Shown here in pieces: positions 27,026-38,400 of a stretch of DNA of 64,000 nt. Under the pieces are notes generated by a model. That model had not been told where the DNA came from. It was given only the letters and a program-made list of their open reading frames with translations, and did no database searches. The stretch is from Atractiella rhizophila (taxonomy: Eukaryota): positions 186,001 through 250,000 of the forward strand of contig MU271184.1 in the NCBI GenBank assembly GCA_021432655.1. Reading direction: 5' to 3'. Each line of letters begins with the position of its first letter. The first letter of the stretch is position 1. A program made the position numbers and the translations under genes.

Positions 27026-27189
27026 TGTTGAACCTGAGGTTCATCAGAAAGACAGGAAGAGGAAAAAGATGAACCTCAGGTAATGCGAACGAGACTAAAC
27101 TACAGTAGCGGACGGAACAGTCAGACGCGGAATGCGTAAGATGAACGGGAAACCAAAAACGAAAAGAGAAAAACAACCAAGCTTCAACA
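27026..27189 (-). repeat. 3' LTR of Copia-1 (164 bp)
   Basis: Identical to the 5' LTR except for 4 extra bases (GAAA). Preceded on the minus strand by the polypurine tract GGAGTGGGAG (27190-27199). Confidence 0.97.
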
Positions 27190-27385
27190 CTCCCACTCCG
27201 TACGCTACAACAAATTGGGAGAAGGTGCAATGGAGAATAGGAATGTGGGATGGGTTGTGATGTAAGGGTGTGTGTGTTCAAATGGATGTGAATATGAAGA
27301 AAAAAGAAATGCTCTGTTACACAACTATTGTGAAGACTGAACGAAGAAGTGAGAGCGCACACGGATGAAAAGAACAGAGTGTCAA

Positions 27386-30300
27386 TTAAGAGAAAATGAT
27401 GCGAGTTCCAATATCGCGTACTCCCATAGCATGGATGCATTGGTGAAAGGAGTCCTTGGCAAGTGGTTTTGTGAGAGCGTCTGCAATCTGATGTCGCGTT
27501 GGCACATACCGTAGAATGATATTGCCTTTCTGGACGTTGTCTCTAACCATGTGGTAGCGAAGCAGAAATGGCTTGCTTTGTGCATGGTGGACTCCGTTGG
27601 TTGAGATCTTGATCGCCGCTTGATTGTCTTCGAAGACTGTCGTGCGGGGTATGTCTTCTCCTGGCGAGACGTTGTGAATGCTTTCAAGTGCTCCTAATTC
27701 TTCAAAAAAACCTCTTGTCCACAGCAGATCTGCAGTTGCTTCCGCAGCTGCACCATATTCTGCCTCTCCGGAAGACAGTGCCACGACGGTTTGAGGCTTC
27801 GATTTGAAAGTGATGGGTGCTCTGCTGAGCATGATGAGCCGTCCTTCTTGAGATTTGAGGGATGGAAGAAGGGAGGCAAAGGAGGCGTCAGAGTACGCAT
27901 GAAGGGGTCTGCGATCGTTCCCATTAAACAGCAGTCCTTTGTTTGAGGTTGCGCTGAGGTAGCGGAAAATTTGCTTGACTGCTTTGTAGTGTTCTGGGCC
28001 TGGGTTGGCTGCGAAACGCTGTACGTTGGAGAGAGCGAAGGTGATGTCCGGACGTGTGCAGATTGATAGCCAGTTCAAACATCCTGTGGCTTCTAGAAAT
28101 GACCATGGAGGTTTGTTGGCGAGGTCATCCTCAGACCAGACGCCATCAAATGGTTTAAGCTTTACCTTGGGATTCGCAGGGACACTCGCATAACTGTCCG
28201 TGAATCCAAATTTCTCCAAGATTGACAACGTATACAATCTTTGAGTCAGACTGATCGTGCGTCTTTCCCAGTCGCGTTTGACCTCCATTCCCAGGAACTT
28301 TCCAACTTCTCCGAGTGTTCGCATTGCGAATGATGTCCCTAGCTCTCTTTGAAGCGTTTTGACAACAACACGGTCTTTGCCTAGCAGCAGAGTGTCGTCA
28401 ACATAGACGACAAGGATGTATAGCCTGCCATGTACTGTTTTTGTGAAGACGCAGGAGTCAGACCATAAAGGGGTCCAACCCTTCGTTTGCAAGTCTGCCT
28501 TGAGAGTATCAAACCACAAACGGGCTGCTTCCAGTAGTCCATAGAGACCCTTCTTTAGCAGATAAACTTTTCCTTCAGTACCAGGCTTCTCTAGGCCAGG
28601 GGGTTGACGGATGTAGATTCGAGTTTTTGACATGTCGATGGGGGAGTTGAGGAAGGCAGTTTCATAGTCTGCTTGGTAGATGGATAGATCCTCACGAGCA
28701 GCGAGAGCAATGACGCCGCGGATGGTTTCGCTGTTGCTTACGAGAGCGAAGGTTGGGTCTCCAGTAGGGGTTTGAAGATCTCCTCTGACACAGATGCGTG
28801 CTTTGAGGCTTTCTAATTTTCCATTAATGTCGTATTTGTGTCGGAACGCCCACATGAGAGGTGTAGCTGTCTCTCCTTCGGGGAGATCTATGGGTTCGCC
28901 CTCAATCGTCTTGTTTTTGAACTGTTTCTCCCACTCGTTCTGACATGGCTGGAGCCATTCTGATCCTTCGCTACTTTTCAGTGCTTCTTTGAAGCTCCGT
29001 GGTTCTCGGAGAATCCAACCGTGGTCCTGAAGTGCGCGCGTGGAGAACATGTAGTCGATGGAGTCGCTGGGACGAGGAGGAGAGGATCCTTGGGAGCGTC
29101 GCTGACGTATAGCTTCTCGTATGTCCTTTTCGGAAAGTTCATCCACTTGGATAGCCATTGGAGCGCTGATGTTAGGTTCGTGTATTTCAGGCGAAATAAA
29201 GGCACTTTCCCGTTGCACGGGTCTTACGTCCACCACTACGTGCTCGGCCCCTATGCAACTGCCCGTTTTTAATCTCTCAGGAGCATCATGGCTCCCTTCA
29301 GTGCGCATACTGGTGGAGGCGAACCGTAGGATGTCTTTGTATTTTGGATCGACGACGTAGTCGTTGTTGAAGATGCGCTTATTGGGGATTCGTCTCCGTC
29401 CAGAACGTGGAGGGGGCGGAGGACCTTCGATTGAAGGGGAGGGGGCGAGAGGAGGAGGGATACCGTCACTTGCAGGCGTGAGTGTTAGCTCCATCGCTGT
29501 GTCAGGGTAATGGTGCTGATGCAGAGGAATATCACTTTCCTGAAAAGCGGGGCTTACGTCCACCCTCTCGTGTGAAGCGCCCTCGCAACTGCCCGTACCC
29601 AAATTATCTGTCTCTGCAACATTTCTTTCGCTTTCACCGAATGATGCTGGAATGGAGGGAGTTGGAGCTATTGTTTCGATGGAGTTAGGAGCAGGGGGTG
29701 CGACACGTATTCGTGAGTCGGGAAGGCCAGCGTCCAGAGGTGCGTTTTGAGGAAACTCGTCGATGTTATCTTCTGACCAGAAGGTATAGTCGTCTAGTCG
29801 GTCTGACCCAGTCCTTCCTTCAAAATAATTTTCGGCAAAGATAACATGGCGAGCACGAATGAGATGTCGCTTGACAGGATCCCAACAACGATGCGATTTG
29901 AACATTACGTCGGGTCCCAGATAAATACAGCGTACTGCTTTGTCCTCCCACTTTTTCCTGCGTTCCTCAGGAATCAATGCCCATGCCATGCATCCAAATG
30001 TTCGCAGATAGCCTACTGAGGGTTGGAGTCCTTCGAGAGTCGTCAGAGGTACTCTACCTTTTAGTGAAGTGTGAGGTGTGCGATTGTACACATGTCCGGC
30101 AAAGTAGAGAGCCTCAGCCCAGAACATTAGAGGGAGCTTTGCGTGATAAAGCATAGATTTGGCAAGGTTACGAAGGGTGCGGTGGATGCGTTCAGCGATT
30201 CCGTTCTCTTGATGACAGTAAGGTGTTGTTGCTTTCCATTCGACATTATTCGACTCGAACCATGACCTTAACAAGTGATTTACGAACTCTCCTCCACCAT

Positions 30301-31090
30301 CTACTTTCCATCTCTTCACGTTTCTTTGTGTTTTGGCCTGAAGGAAAGATCTGAAGCGTTCGAAGGAGAGCAGGACTGTGGCTTTTGACTTGTCAGGGAT
30401 GAATTGCTGATGAACAACTCTTGAACCGACATCAACGTGCACGATGGAGTACCAGGCACCACCCAAGGAAGAAACTTGCACAGGGCCAGTGAGATCAGAT
30501 ACTACAGACTCGCCTGGCAGTGTGGGCGGCAGCTCAGCGCTTTGTTTTGATGGAAACGATCCCCGATGCATTTTTCCCATAACACACGGCTCACAGACGA
30601 CCTCAAGTTCCTTCTCTTTCGTTTCTTTCACCTCCAAACCACCCACTAGCGACTTCGAAATAAGATCTTTGATCTTCTCAATCCCGACATGCGCCAGCCT
30701 GTTGTGCCAAGTCTTTAGATCGACGGCCTTCGAAACGGTATCGATGTGAGCACTCGCCTTTCTTGCTTCTCCCTTCAGTAGGAATAAACCCCCTTTCTCC
30801 TCTGCTACCCCTACTAGCCGCCCTTTCTGATTAAAGATAGAGCAGTTTCCATTCTCGAAGACTAACTTGAGGCGCTCGTGTGCCGGTAAGGAGAGGCTGA
30901 TAAGTTTCGAAACGCTGATTAGGGGACTCGTGAGGGAGGGTAGGTGGAGGACATTGTGCAGGGGTATGTCAGAGAGGGGCGTCCCATTTTCGCTGGAGGT
31001 GACGTAGACTGCGGACCCTTTCGTTGCAATTGAGATTTGTCTTCCATCCGCAACTTCAATGGATCCGTTATGGTCTTGACGGTTGGAGAG
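27386..31090 (-). CDS. pol: Copia-1 pol (protease C-part, GAG-pre-integrase, integrase, RT, RNase H)
   Basis: Within ORF 27386..31303: WHNRLAH..CEPC, SDLTGP, VDGGGEF, ENGIAER, LKARICVRG, YVDD, YSDAS, EAEY, ADALTK. Confidence 0.95.
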   Translation of the reverse strand, partial: LSNRQDHNGSIEVADGRQISIATKGSAVYVTSSENGTPLSDIPLHNVLHLPSLTSPLISVSKLISLSLPAHERLKLVFENGNCSIFNQKGRLVGVAEEKGGLFLLKGEARKASAHIDTVSKAVDLKTWHNRLAHVGIEKIKDLISKSLVGGLEVKETKEKELEVVCEPCVMGKMHRGSFPSKQSAELPPTLPGESVVSDLTGPVQVSSLGGAWYSIVHVDVGSRVVHQQFIPDKSKATVLLSFERFRSFLQAKTQRNVKRWKVDGGGEFVNHLLRSWFESNNVEWKATTPYCHQENGIAERIHRTLRNLAKSMLYHAKLPLMFWAEALYFAGHVYNRTPHTSLKGRVPLTTLEGLQPSVGYLRTFGCMAWALIPEERRKKWEDKAVRCIYLGPDVMFKSHRCWDPVKRHLIRARHVIFAENYFEGRTGSDRLDDYTFWSEDNIDEFPQNAPLDAGLPDSRIRVAPPAPNSIETIAPTPSIPASFGESERNVAETDNLGTGSCEGASHERVDVSPAFQESDIPLHQHHYPDTAMELTLTPASDGIPPPLAPSPSIEGPPPPPRSGRRRIPNKRIFNNDYVVDPKYKDILRFASTSMRTEGSHDAPERLKTGSCIGAEHVVVDVRPVQRESAFISPEIHEPNISAPMAIQVDELSEKDIREAIRQRRSQGSSPPRPSDSIDYMFSTRALQDHGWILREPRSFKEALKSSEGSEWLQPCQNEWEKQFKNKTIEGEPIDLPEGETATPLMWAFRHKYDINGKLESLKARICVRGDLQTPTGDPTFALVSNSETIRGVIALAAREDLSIYQADYETAFLNSPIDMSKTRIYIRQPPGLEKPGTEGKVYLLKKGLYGLLEAARLWFDTLKADLQTKGWTPLWSDSCVFTKTVHGRLYILVVYVDDTLLLGKDRVVVKTLQRELGTSFAMRTLGEVGKFLGMEVKRDWERRTISLTQRLYTLSILEKFGFTDSYASVPANPKVKLKPFDGVWSEDDLANKPPWSFLEATGCLNWLSICTRPDITFALSNVQRFAANPGPEHYKAVKQIFRYLSATSNKGLLFNGNDRRPLHAYSDASFASLLPSLKSQEGRLIMLSRAPITFKSKPQTVVALSSGEAEYGAAAEATADLLWTRGFFEELGALESIHNVSPGEDIPRTTVFEDNQAAIKISTNGVHHAQSKPFLLRYHMVRDNVQKGNIILRYVPTRHQIADALTKPLAKDSFHQCIHAMGVRDIGTRIIFS

Positions 31091-32438
31091 GGAAGACATG
31101 AGAGGTACATCCAGAGTCAATGATGGCAATAGCGGTCTTGTCAAAAGAGAGATTTGCCTTACTGGCTTCGACTTCTTCAACGAGCCGGACTTGGTCTTGA
31201 ATTGCAAAATGAGAGGACGATTGCACATTGGAAGCAAAGTCGGAGCTGAAGTCAGATGTATTGAGGACCAGGTTGACTTGGTCAAGAGTGGAAGAGGTAT
31301 CAATGGATGGTGATGTCAGTTCTTTGGCGCTATCCTTTCTCCTTGGATTGACAGCTCCGTCTTTGAATCGATATCCAGGAGGAGCAAGAGTTCGATTTCC
31401 TTCAAGTTCCCAACAGCGATCAGAGGTGTGAGAGCGAAGACTGCAGTGAGGACACGGGGGGAAACAGTTGATGGTGGAAGAAGGGCGATTCGTCCCACTC
31501 CTCCTCGACTTGTCTCGATCTCCCGTACTCCCACTTTTTCCACTCCCTCTTGCTGGCGTTACCGACCTAGTAATCAGCGCTTGTTCCTGCGCCTTCTGCA
31601 CCTCACTGAGGCCCTCCTCCAACATTATCGTGTTGATAGTGTTGGAGATCCACTCGGGAGTGAAATCGATAAGGGTGGCCTGGGCAGATTTCATTGCCTG
31701 TAAAGCTGAGAAGTACGGCTTCATTTTGTCGCGGAGGGAGTCTGACAGGGTGGCTTGGAGGTGAGCCGAGAAGATGAGTGACTTCCAGGTTGCGGTCGTG
31801 AACTTATCGTCCCCAACGTATTTGACGAAATCAGTAAGATTCTTCTCCAGGACCGCCATGTGTTCAGTCCAGTGTTGGGGAGTACTTCCATTGAAATGAG
31901 TTCGTGCAAATGTACTCCAAGCAGTGACAGCATAAAGGTGGTTGGCAGCGTCATACTCCTTTTTCAGCCAGTCCCACGCTTCTTTCGCTTTCTCCTTAAG
32001 GTCGTTCGCCTTGATCCTTGCTTTCATTCCATCAGAGAGGGATTCGTAGAGGAGCGTGGAGGCTTGGAGGTTTTTGTTCTTCCACGCAATGGAATGTTGG
32101 TCGAAGATATACAAAGCGGCACCGTAACGAGATTCGAGAGGTTCCTTCTCCTCTCCAGATATGACTAGCCAAAGTTGTTGGCTACGCAACGTTTCATATG
32201 CGTCTTCCCTCCATGCTCGATAGTTGGGACCTTCTAGCACGGTGGGGATTCGGCGAGTTAAGAAAGAGTTTGATGGAGGAGTAGGTAGGGCATCCATCGT
32301 GATGAACGGGATGTCTGCTGGTTCTGGAGGAGGGCTCCGATTGAGTGGAGGTGCTGTGGATGGTTCAGGAGTTGCGATGCCGTGATCTGATGGATCCTGG
32401 GGTAGAGATGGTTCGTCTGATCTTGGTGATCGAGACAT
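31068..32438 (-). CDS. gag: Copia-1 gag plus protease active site
   Basis: 456-aa ORF with LEGPNYRAW, zinc knuckle CPHCSLRSHTSDRC and protease motif IIDSGCTSH just before the stop. Confidence 0.92.
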   Translation of the reverse strand: MSRSPRSDEPSLPQDPSDHGIATPEPSTAPPLNRSPPPEPADIPFITMDALPTPPSNSFLTRRIPTVLEGPNYRAWREDAYETLRSQQLWLVISGEEKEPLESRYGAALYIFDQHSIAWKNKNLQASTLLYESLSDGMKARIKANDLKEKAKEAWDWLKKEYDAANHLYAVTAWSTFARTHFNGSTPQHWTEHMAVLEKNLTDFVKYVGDDKFTTATWKSLIFSAHLQATLSDSLRDKMKPYFSALQAMKSAQATLIDFTPEWISNTINTIMLEEGLSEVQKAQEQALITRSVTPARGSGKSGSTGDRDKSRRSGTNRPSSTINCFPPCPHCSLRSHTSDRCWELEGNRTLAPPGYRFKDGAVNPRRKDSAKELTSPSIDTSSTLDQVNLVLNTSDFSSDFASNVQSSSHFAIQDQVRLVEEVEASKANLSFDKTAIAIIDSGCTSHVFPLQPSRP

Positions 32439-32580
32439 GAAACCTCGCTCAAAGGCGTCCGAGTTGAGTTGGTTTGTTGATTAGCACGTGTCGCGTTTGT
32501 TTGAGAGTGTTTACGACTATTGATGGAAAGGGAGGAAGGCTTGGGGAAAAAGGCGGACGCTTATTCGGTAGGGATCATTT

Positions 32581-32592
32581 GGGCTCATAACC
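32581..32592 (-). promoter_or_regulatory. Primer binding site GGTTATGAGCCC (internal tRNAi-Met fragment type)
   Basis: Directly follows the 5' LTR. Same type as the Ty5 and Drosophila copia PBS, which pair with the anticodon-arm region of initiator tRNA. Confidence 0.85.
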
Positions 32593-32752
32593 TGTTGAAC
32601 CTGAGGTTCATCAGAAAGACAGGAAGAGGAAAAAGATGAACCTCAGGTAATGCGAACGAGACTAAACTACAGTAGCGGACGGAACAGTCAGACGCGGAAT
32701 GCGTAAGATGAACGGCCAAAAACGAAAAGAGAAAAACAACCAAGCTTCAACA
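32593..32752 (-). repeat. 5' LTR of Copia-1 (160 bp)
   Basis: TG...CA ends, adjacent PBS, and TSD AACCG. Confidence 0.97.
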
Positions 32753-35433
32753 AACCGATCTCCGCCATGTACAAACGGCATGGTCAAAGCTCCCAAAGGC
32801 GGAAGGTGTTTGACATGATGCTTAGATTTGTCTGCCAACGAGGTGATTAGAGTGTGCTGAATGAGTAGAAGAAAACTTTATAAGATGACAGCAAGGGGGG
32901 AAGAAGTATGTAAAGGGCAAGAAGTGAAGCACGAATAGTTTTGGGAAAAGAAAAGGGACTGCCGCAGGGAACGGTATAAAGTGGTCAAAATGGTTGGGCT
33001 ACTTACCTTATGTTGGCTCGAACGGAGTAGAGTTTTAGCCCACTCCTGCTCGAGCCATATTAGTATGGGCTTCCTCATGCTTTTTCTTTTTGAATTTCAG
33101 TATTCTCTCTGTGGAGGGTGTGTGGAATGAGAATCGTTTCGTGGCTCAGATGAATTTCCAGAGAAGGGGGAGGGCTTCGGGTGCAGAAAGGACCGATGCA
33201 TTGCTCGTTAGGCTAATACCCGATTTCGCTAGTTGGCTCTTGAGATGGTTACCATCCAAGTGTACTCGCGGAAGACAATGATCTGAAACTCCTTCCCTTC
33301 AACGCAACAAGAAAATAATCGAAAAATCTGTGCAAATGAAATTGTGCCATCCTTATTCTGCAGAATAGCGTTGTTGTATCGCGGGGCCTTCTGCCAATTA
33401 GGGTGGAATCGAAGGTAATCTTCGTATATCCTTTGATCGACAAACGAAGTGAATGGAGAGCGGAAGAGGGTGAAGTCTTGAATCTGAATACCCGAAGTTA
33501 GCCAGCAAAAGCATGAGGATGATGTAAGGAAGAAAGCCCTAGAATTGTCAATCTAAGGCAATCGCTCCTGGCGCACCCGTGTTGGAGCTGAAGGATCTAG
33601 AGTTGGAGTTCGAATTCAGTGGACAACTTGTCAAAGTAAGTCTGAACATGAAAGGTCCTTGACTCGCCACAGAAACCCGAGCTTTCAATGGGGCCTTGCC
33701 TTTTGTGTGGAATGGCTCGCTCGTTCTAGCAACTGCTCCCGTGAGCAAGTTTTGCTGTTATGATGCGGCGGCCAATGGCTTGAAGTTGCATCATTTCGAA
33801 CGCACGTTGAGCCATCTAACACAGGATCGTGCCACAGGTCAGCATTCTGCAAAATGCTAAACATGAATGTTTGAATGGCTGCTTACTGATAGCTCCGTCT
33901 CCCCCGCTATGTTGCTATGAAGCCACTTGAGCAATGATGTGCTCTTTCACTGGACGGTGGGATTGTTCGCCATGGGCTGTCATTTGATGATCCAAGGTTC
34001 CACCCTCAGCGATGAGGTCAACAAAGTGCTGGGGTAGATGTCCTTTTGAGAACTTTGTAGACATTCCGAAATGTTCGCTCAGAGTCTGTCATGTCAGCTA
34101 AACAAAAAGTATGGTGTGAGAAGAAGGACAAGACAAACCGTCAAAGCCCTTTCAACAGCTGTGAGCTTCTCTTGTCGAAGCACAAGGAATCTGTCTTCGT
34201 CTTGAACGTGCGTGCATCTTTACAATCACCTCGAAAGCTATCAGGTCTTGTAGGGCAGGAACAGCTTCTTGCTCAAGCTCAGCTGGAAGAATCCCAATCA
34301 TGCAAACGATTAAAGACCGTAGTAAAACCTTGATATCCATACCAGCACAGTAGAGAGATTATGTGCCTTCATTGCATCTTGAATCTCCATGCAGGTAAAA
34401 CTTTCTAAGTTTGTTAGGCCACTTTTAGCGGACTGGCCAAACATTTCAGCTTTCAAGTTATGACAAAGCCTCAAGCAGGCAACCACACACCTTCTCAGGC
34501 CGAATGGAAGACCGGCTCGTTAGTTCCTTTGCCGCTGCGACTGTCCCGCTTTTTGTCTCTTCATATCGAAAAAGGTCACATCGAACCTGTTTCTGACTGC
34601 GTTAAAAACTGGTGTGAGAGGTTGTGAAGCTCTGCTTCGGGAGCAAGGCAGATTGCACAGCGAAATTCTGACCCAATGCCGAGCAGCAATAGGAGGGTGT
34701 ATCTGGAAACCGGTAAGTAGATGTTTTATCAAAGTAAAGCAATTCTCACAACTCAGCCATATCAGCCTGCAGCATGAATATACGCGGGAATATCAACTTG
34801 TTGAAGCAATGGCCGACTTGCACCTTGAACCCTAGGTGTTCATATCGACGAATGCCCTTCAATACAATACTAATGACTTTGTGGTATACCGAACACTTGT
34901 ACAGCCGGAACTTTTTGTCCTTCTTTTGCTTATCCGTGCCAACAATCTAAATATTTCCTGGTCAGTACCTCAGAGGAGCAAGGATAACTTGAATCTTGCT
35001 TACTTCAGGTTGAAATCCAATGAGTTGGCACCCTCATTTACTGTCACTACTCCTTTCTCGAAGAGGAACATTTGCAAGCCACATATACATGGGATGCACA
35101 GTTTTCTGTCCAAACTTGACGGCACTTGTTCCATCTGTATAAAAGATGATTGCGCCGATACACCCATTGGATTGAGAAGACAATCCTGGAGTACTAGTAA
35201 GTATATACTTGATGTGAATGCGAGAGAATATGTGAACCTGATATCTCCACCAGCGCCTAGTAGTCCACAGCTCATCATAAGTTCTCACATTGCGACATGG
35301 AACGTCCTCAGTCTGTTTGAACTTCTTGACTGGGTAGAACTGCATCGACTCTCGTATAGTATCGTCGCAGATCACCTCTTTCATGATCTCGATAGGATCC
35401 ATATATAGACATGATGCTTGATAGTCTTGCTCT

Positions 35434-38400
35434 CTAAGAGAGTGCCATGTATTCAGCTTCTGTAGACGAGATTGCTACCGATTTCTGAGCAGTCGAAAAA
35501 CAAGAGACCATCCCGCCCGCCAGATTGAAATGGCAACCAGATATCGACCGTCTACTGTCGATGTCAGCCGCATGATCCGCATCGCGCCAGCCCACCAGTT
35601 CATTCGATGCACCCTTCCCATCCCATCCCAAAACCCTTCCGGTTGTCCCTTTCAAATATCGGTAAATCCTCGTTACTGCCTTCCAATGTCCCATCCCCGG
35701 GTTTACCATATACCTACTCACTCGATTTACGGCATATAGAATGTCTGGCCGCGTGTTGACTGCCAGATACATCAACGCACCAACTGCCTCCGAGAACGGT
35801 ATCCCTCCCATTTCCGCCTTCTCCTGTTCAGTCTTCGGTGACATATCGTTTGTCAACTTGTCCTTCGGATCGCAAGGTGTGCTGACAACAGAATGGTCCT
35901 GAAAACCGTATTTCGCAATACATCTCTCGATGTAGTCGATTGATCCATGGTTATACGCCGATTCTCGCGATCCTGGGTAATCCGCATCCCAAGGTACTCT
36001 CCCGCTTCGCCGTGTGTAACTCTCTTGAAGACCGCCACCATTTTCTTCATCAAGCTGTCTCGCAAATCTGTCGACGTCGATGCAATGAGTCCATCATCCA
36101 CGTGTAAGAGTACTTTTACCAGTCCCCTATGATCCTGTCTAACGTACATTCCGTGATCAGCCTGTGATTTCACGAATCCCTCCTCCTTCATCATCGTGCT
36201 GTATTCTTCGTTCCAACTCTTCCCCGCCTGTCGCAACCCATAGAGACTCTTCTTTACTCGGTAAACCCAGTCAGGATGTTCGGGATCAACAAGGCCCGGT
36301 GGCTGCTGGACTTATATCTCTTCCTCTAATTCTCCATGTAAGAATGCATTTCCAACGTCGAACTGTCCCAGGGTCCATCCGTTTATGGCGGCAAGCGCAA
36401 GGACAACTCTGATGGTGGACATGCGTACCGTCGGAGCGTAGGTTTCCGTAAAATCTCGACCCTCCACCTGCTTATTTCCAAGGGCAACTAGTCGCGCCTT
36501 ATATTTCAGAAATTCGCCCCCCAACTTCCTCTTCTTGCTTAACACCCACTTCAGTGGAATAGGAACGACTCTGTCCGGTTTCGGCTGTAGCGGACCCAAA
36601 ACCCCCATCCCTGTGATTTGTCCCCACTCCCCTCCGCATGCTCCAGTCCACCCCTCCCTTTCTTCGCCCATCATTGCCTTCGAAAACGTAGGTGTATCGT
36701 CATTCCCGTCCCAATTTCCGTCCACCGCGAATGCCCCACCTCCAACGTTCCCGTCCGTTTGTGCCTCATCAAAAATCGCTGATGCCTGGACCAGATTTTC
36801 AACGACCGTCCTTGCCTCCCGCACTTTCTTCGACTCCTGTTCTCTGATCCCAGGCCTCAGGACAACATATGCACTTGGTAAGTCCTGTATACCCGAGTTC
36901 ATCTTCTTATAATCTCGTCGCAGGGTCTTCCTAGATGATCGGCGAACATCTGGTCTAGGTGTGGTTGCACGTCCCATATCCCCCGCCGTATCGTCGTGTT
37001 CCTCACGTATTCTGTCCCCCACAGGTGCTACTTCAGTCTGGTCTTCCGGAAGGCCCCCCATACCGTGCGCGAAATCATGGACACCCCAATTCCTCCCCCA
37101 GAATTCTTCTATCCCAGCCTCTAAAGCCGCTCTAGCCTCCTCGCGTCTCGTTCCCTTCCTTTCTCGATAGAAGACCCCTTCGAACCATTCGACATCAGCC
37201 GATTCAAATACTACCCTCTTCTCCGCATCCCACAATCTCCATCCTGCCACGTCTTCACAATATCCCAGCATGTATCCTTCCCTTCCCCTAGGTTGAAGCT
37301 TCGATTCTTGACGCTCCTTTGGGATGGTAGCAACTCCCAATGTCCCAAAAGCAACAAGGTGATCCATGGACGGTAATTTTCCGTATAACGCCTCGTATGG
37401 GCTCCTGGCATCCGTGAGTGCCTTATGTGGTACCCTCAAGTATAGATAAACTGATGTTGCCATAGCGTCCCCCCAGAAACTGACAGGAAAACCGCTCTGT
37501 AGTAATAACGCTCTGGTCATGTTCAGCAATGTCAACCACGGACGCTCCATCATGCCCATATGGTTGTGTTTATAGGCAATCAATGTCTCATGCTGAATTC
37601 CTTCTGTCCTCGTAAAGGTCGCCAGAGTCATTCCCATGTACTCTGCTGCCCTAACGGTTCGTATCTTCTTGATTTTAACTCCATGTTCCCGTTCAAATCG
37701 GCTGATCCATTCCATTAGCACGATGGGTGCGGATACCTTCGAACGAAGCGGAATCCACCATATGGAACGTGTGCTCTCCTCCAGAATGCTCATGCCATAA
37801 CGTTCCCCGTTCCTCATCCCAACTCGAGCAGGTCCCCATATGTCACTCAAAATTCTTTCACCCAGAAGGCTCTCTGACATCTGTTGCTTCGGCCTGTTTG
37901 TCTTCGTAGTCGACTTAGACATAGCACACGTCAAGCACTTTGGAATCCCTTCATTTGATTTCGATTTCGTTAACGTCACATTTCCAAGTTTCCCCTTTTG
38001 CAACATATCCTTTATCTTTCCAAAACTCAGATGTCCCAGTCGTTCATGCAGGGTATGCAATTCAACTGATTTCGCAATCGAGGACGTAGACGAAAAGCAG
38101 ACATGAGCGTCGAACGTTGTGTGAGATGGGATGTAACTTGCCTTTACGGCGACGTTCTTTTCCCCAATAACCGCAAATCCTATCGATCTCCCATCGTCGA
38201 TCCCATAGTATATCGTTTCGCGGTCGTTCGTGAATCGCATCCCATTGCGCATAAGCTGCATGGCAGAGATAAGATTGATCCCCAGTTGTGGTAGATAGAG
38301 GACATCTTCGAAGACGACAATGAATCTGGTTCCATCCGTGTTTTCCATGACTGCATGGATTTCTCCAACAATCTTCGTGGTACCCGAACTATCAAAGACT

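Larger units (their letters stand above)
27026..32752 (-). mobile_element. Full-length Ty1/Copia LTR retrotransposon (Copia-1)
   Basis: LTRs 27026-27189 and 32593-32752 (TGTTGAA...TTCAACA). 5-bp TSD AACCG at 27021-27025 and 32753-32757. PBS and PPT present. Domain order gag-PR-IN-RT-RH. Confidence 0.98.
26900..35420 (-). pseudogene. Plavaka-type transposase pseudogene, interrupted by Copia-1 and cut off by Copia-2
   Basis: RTYDELWTTRRWWRYQ, CIGAIIFYTDGTSAVKFGQKTVHPMYMWLANVP, VYHKVISIVL..FPRIFMLQAD and GTLDHQMTAHGEQSH in 33900-35420 match my recollection of Plavaka motifs. Multi-exon and degraded. Continuation left of 27026 is inferred from the TSD. Confidence 0.7.
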
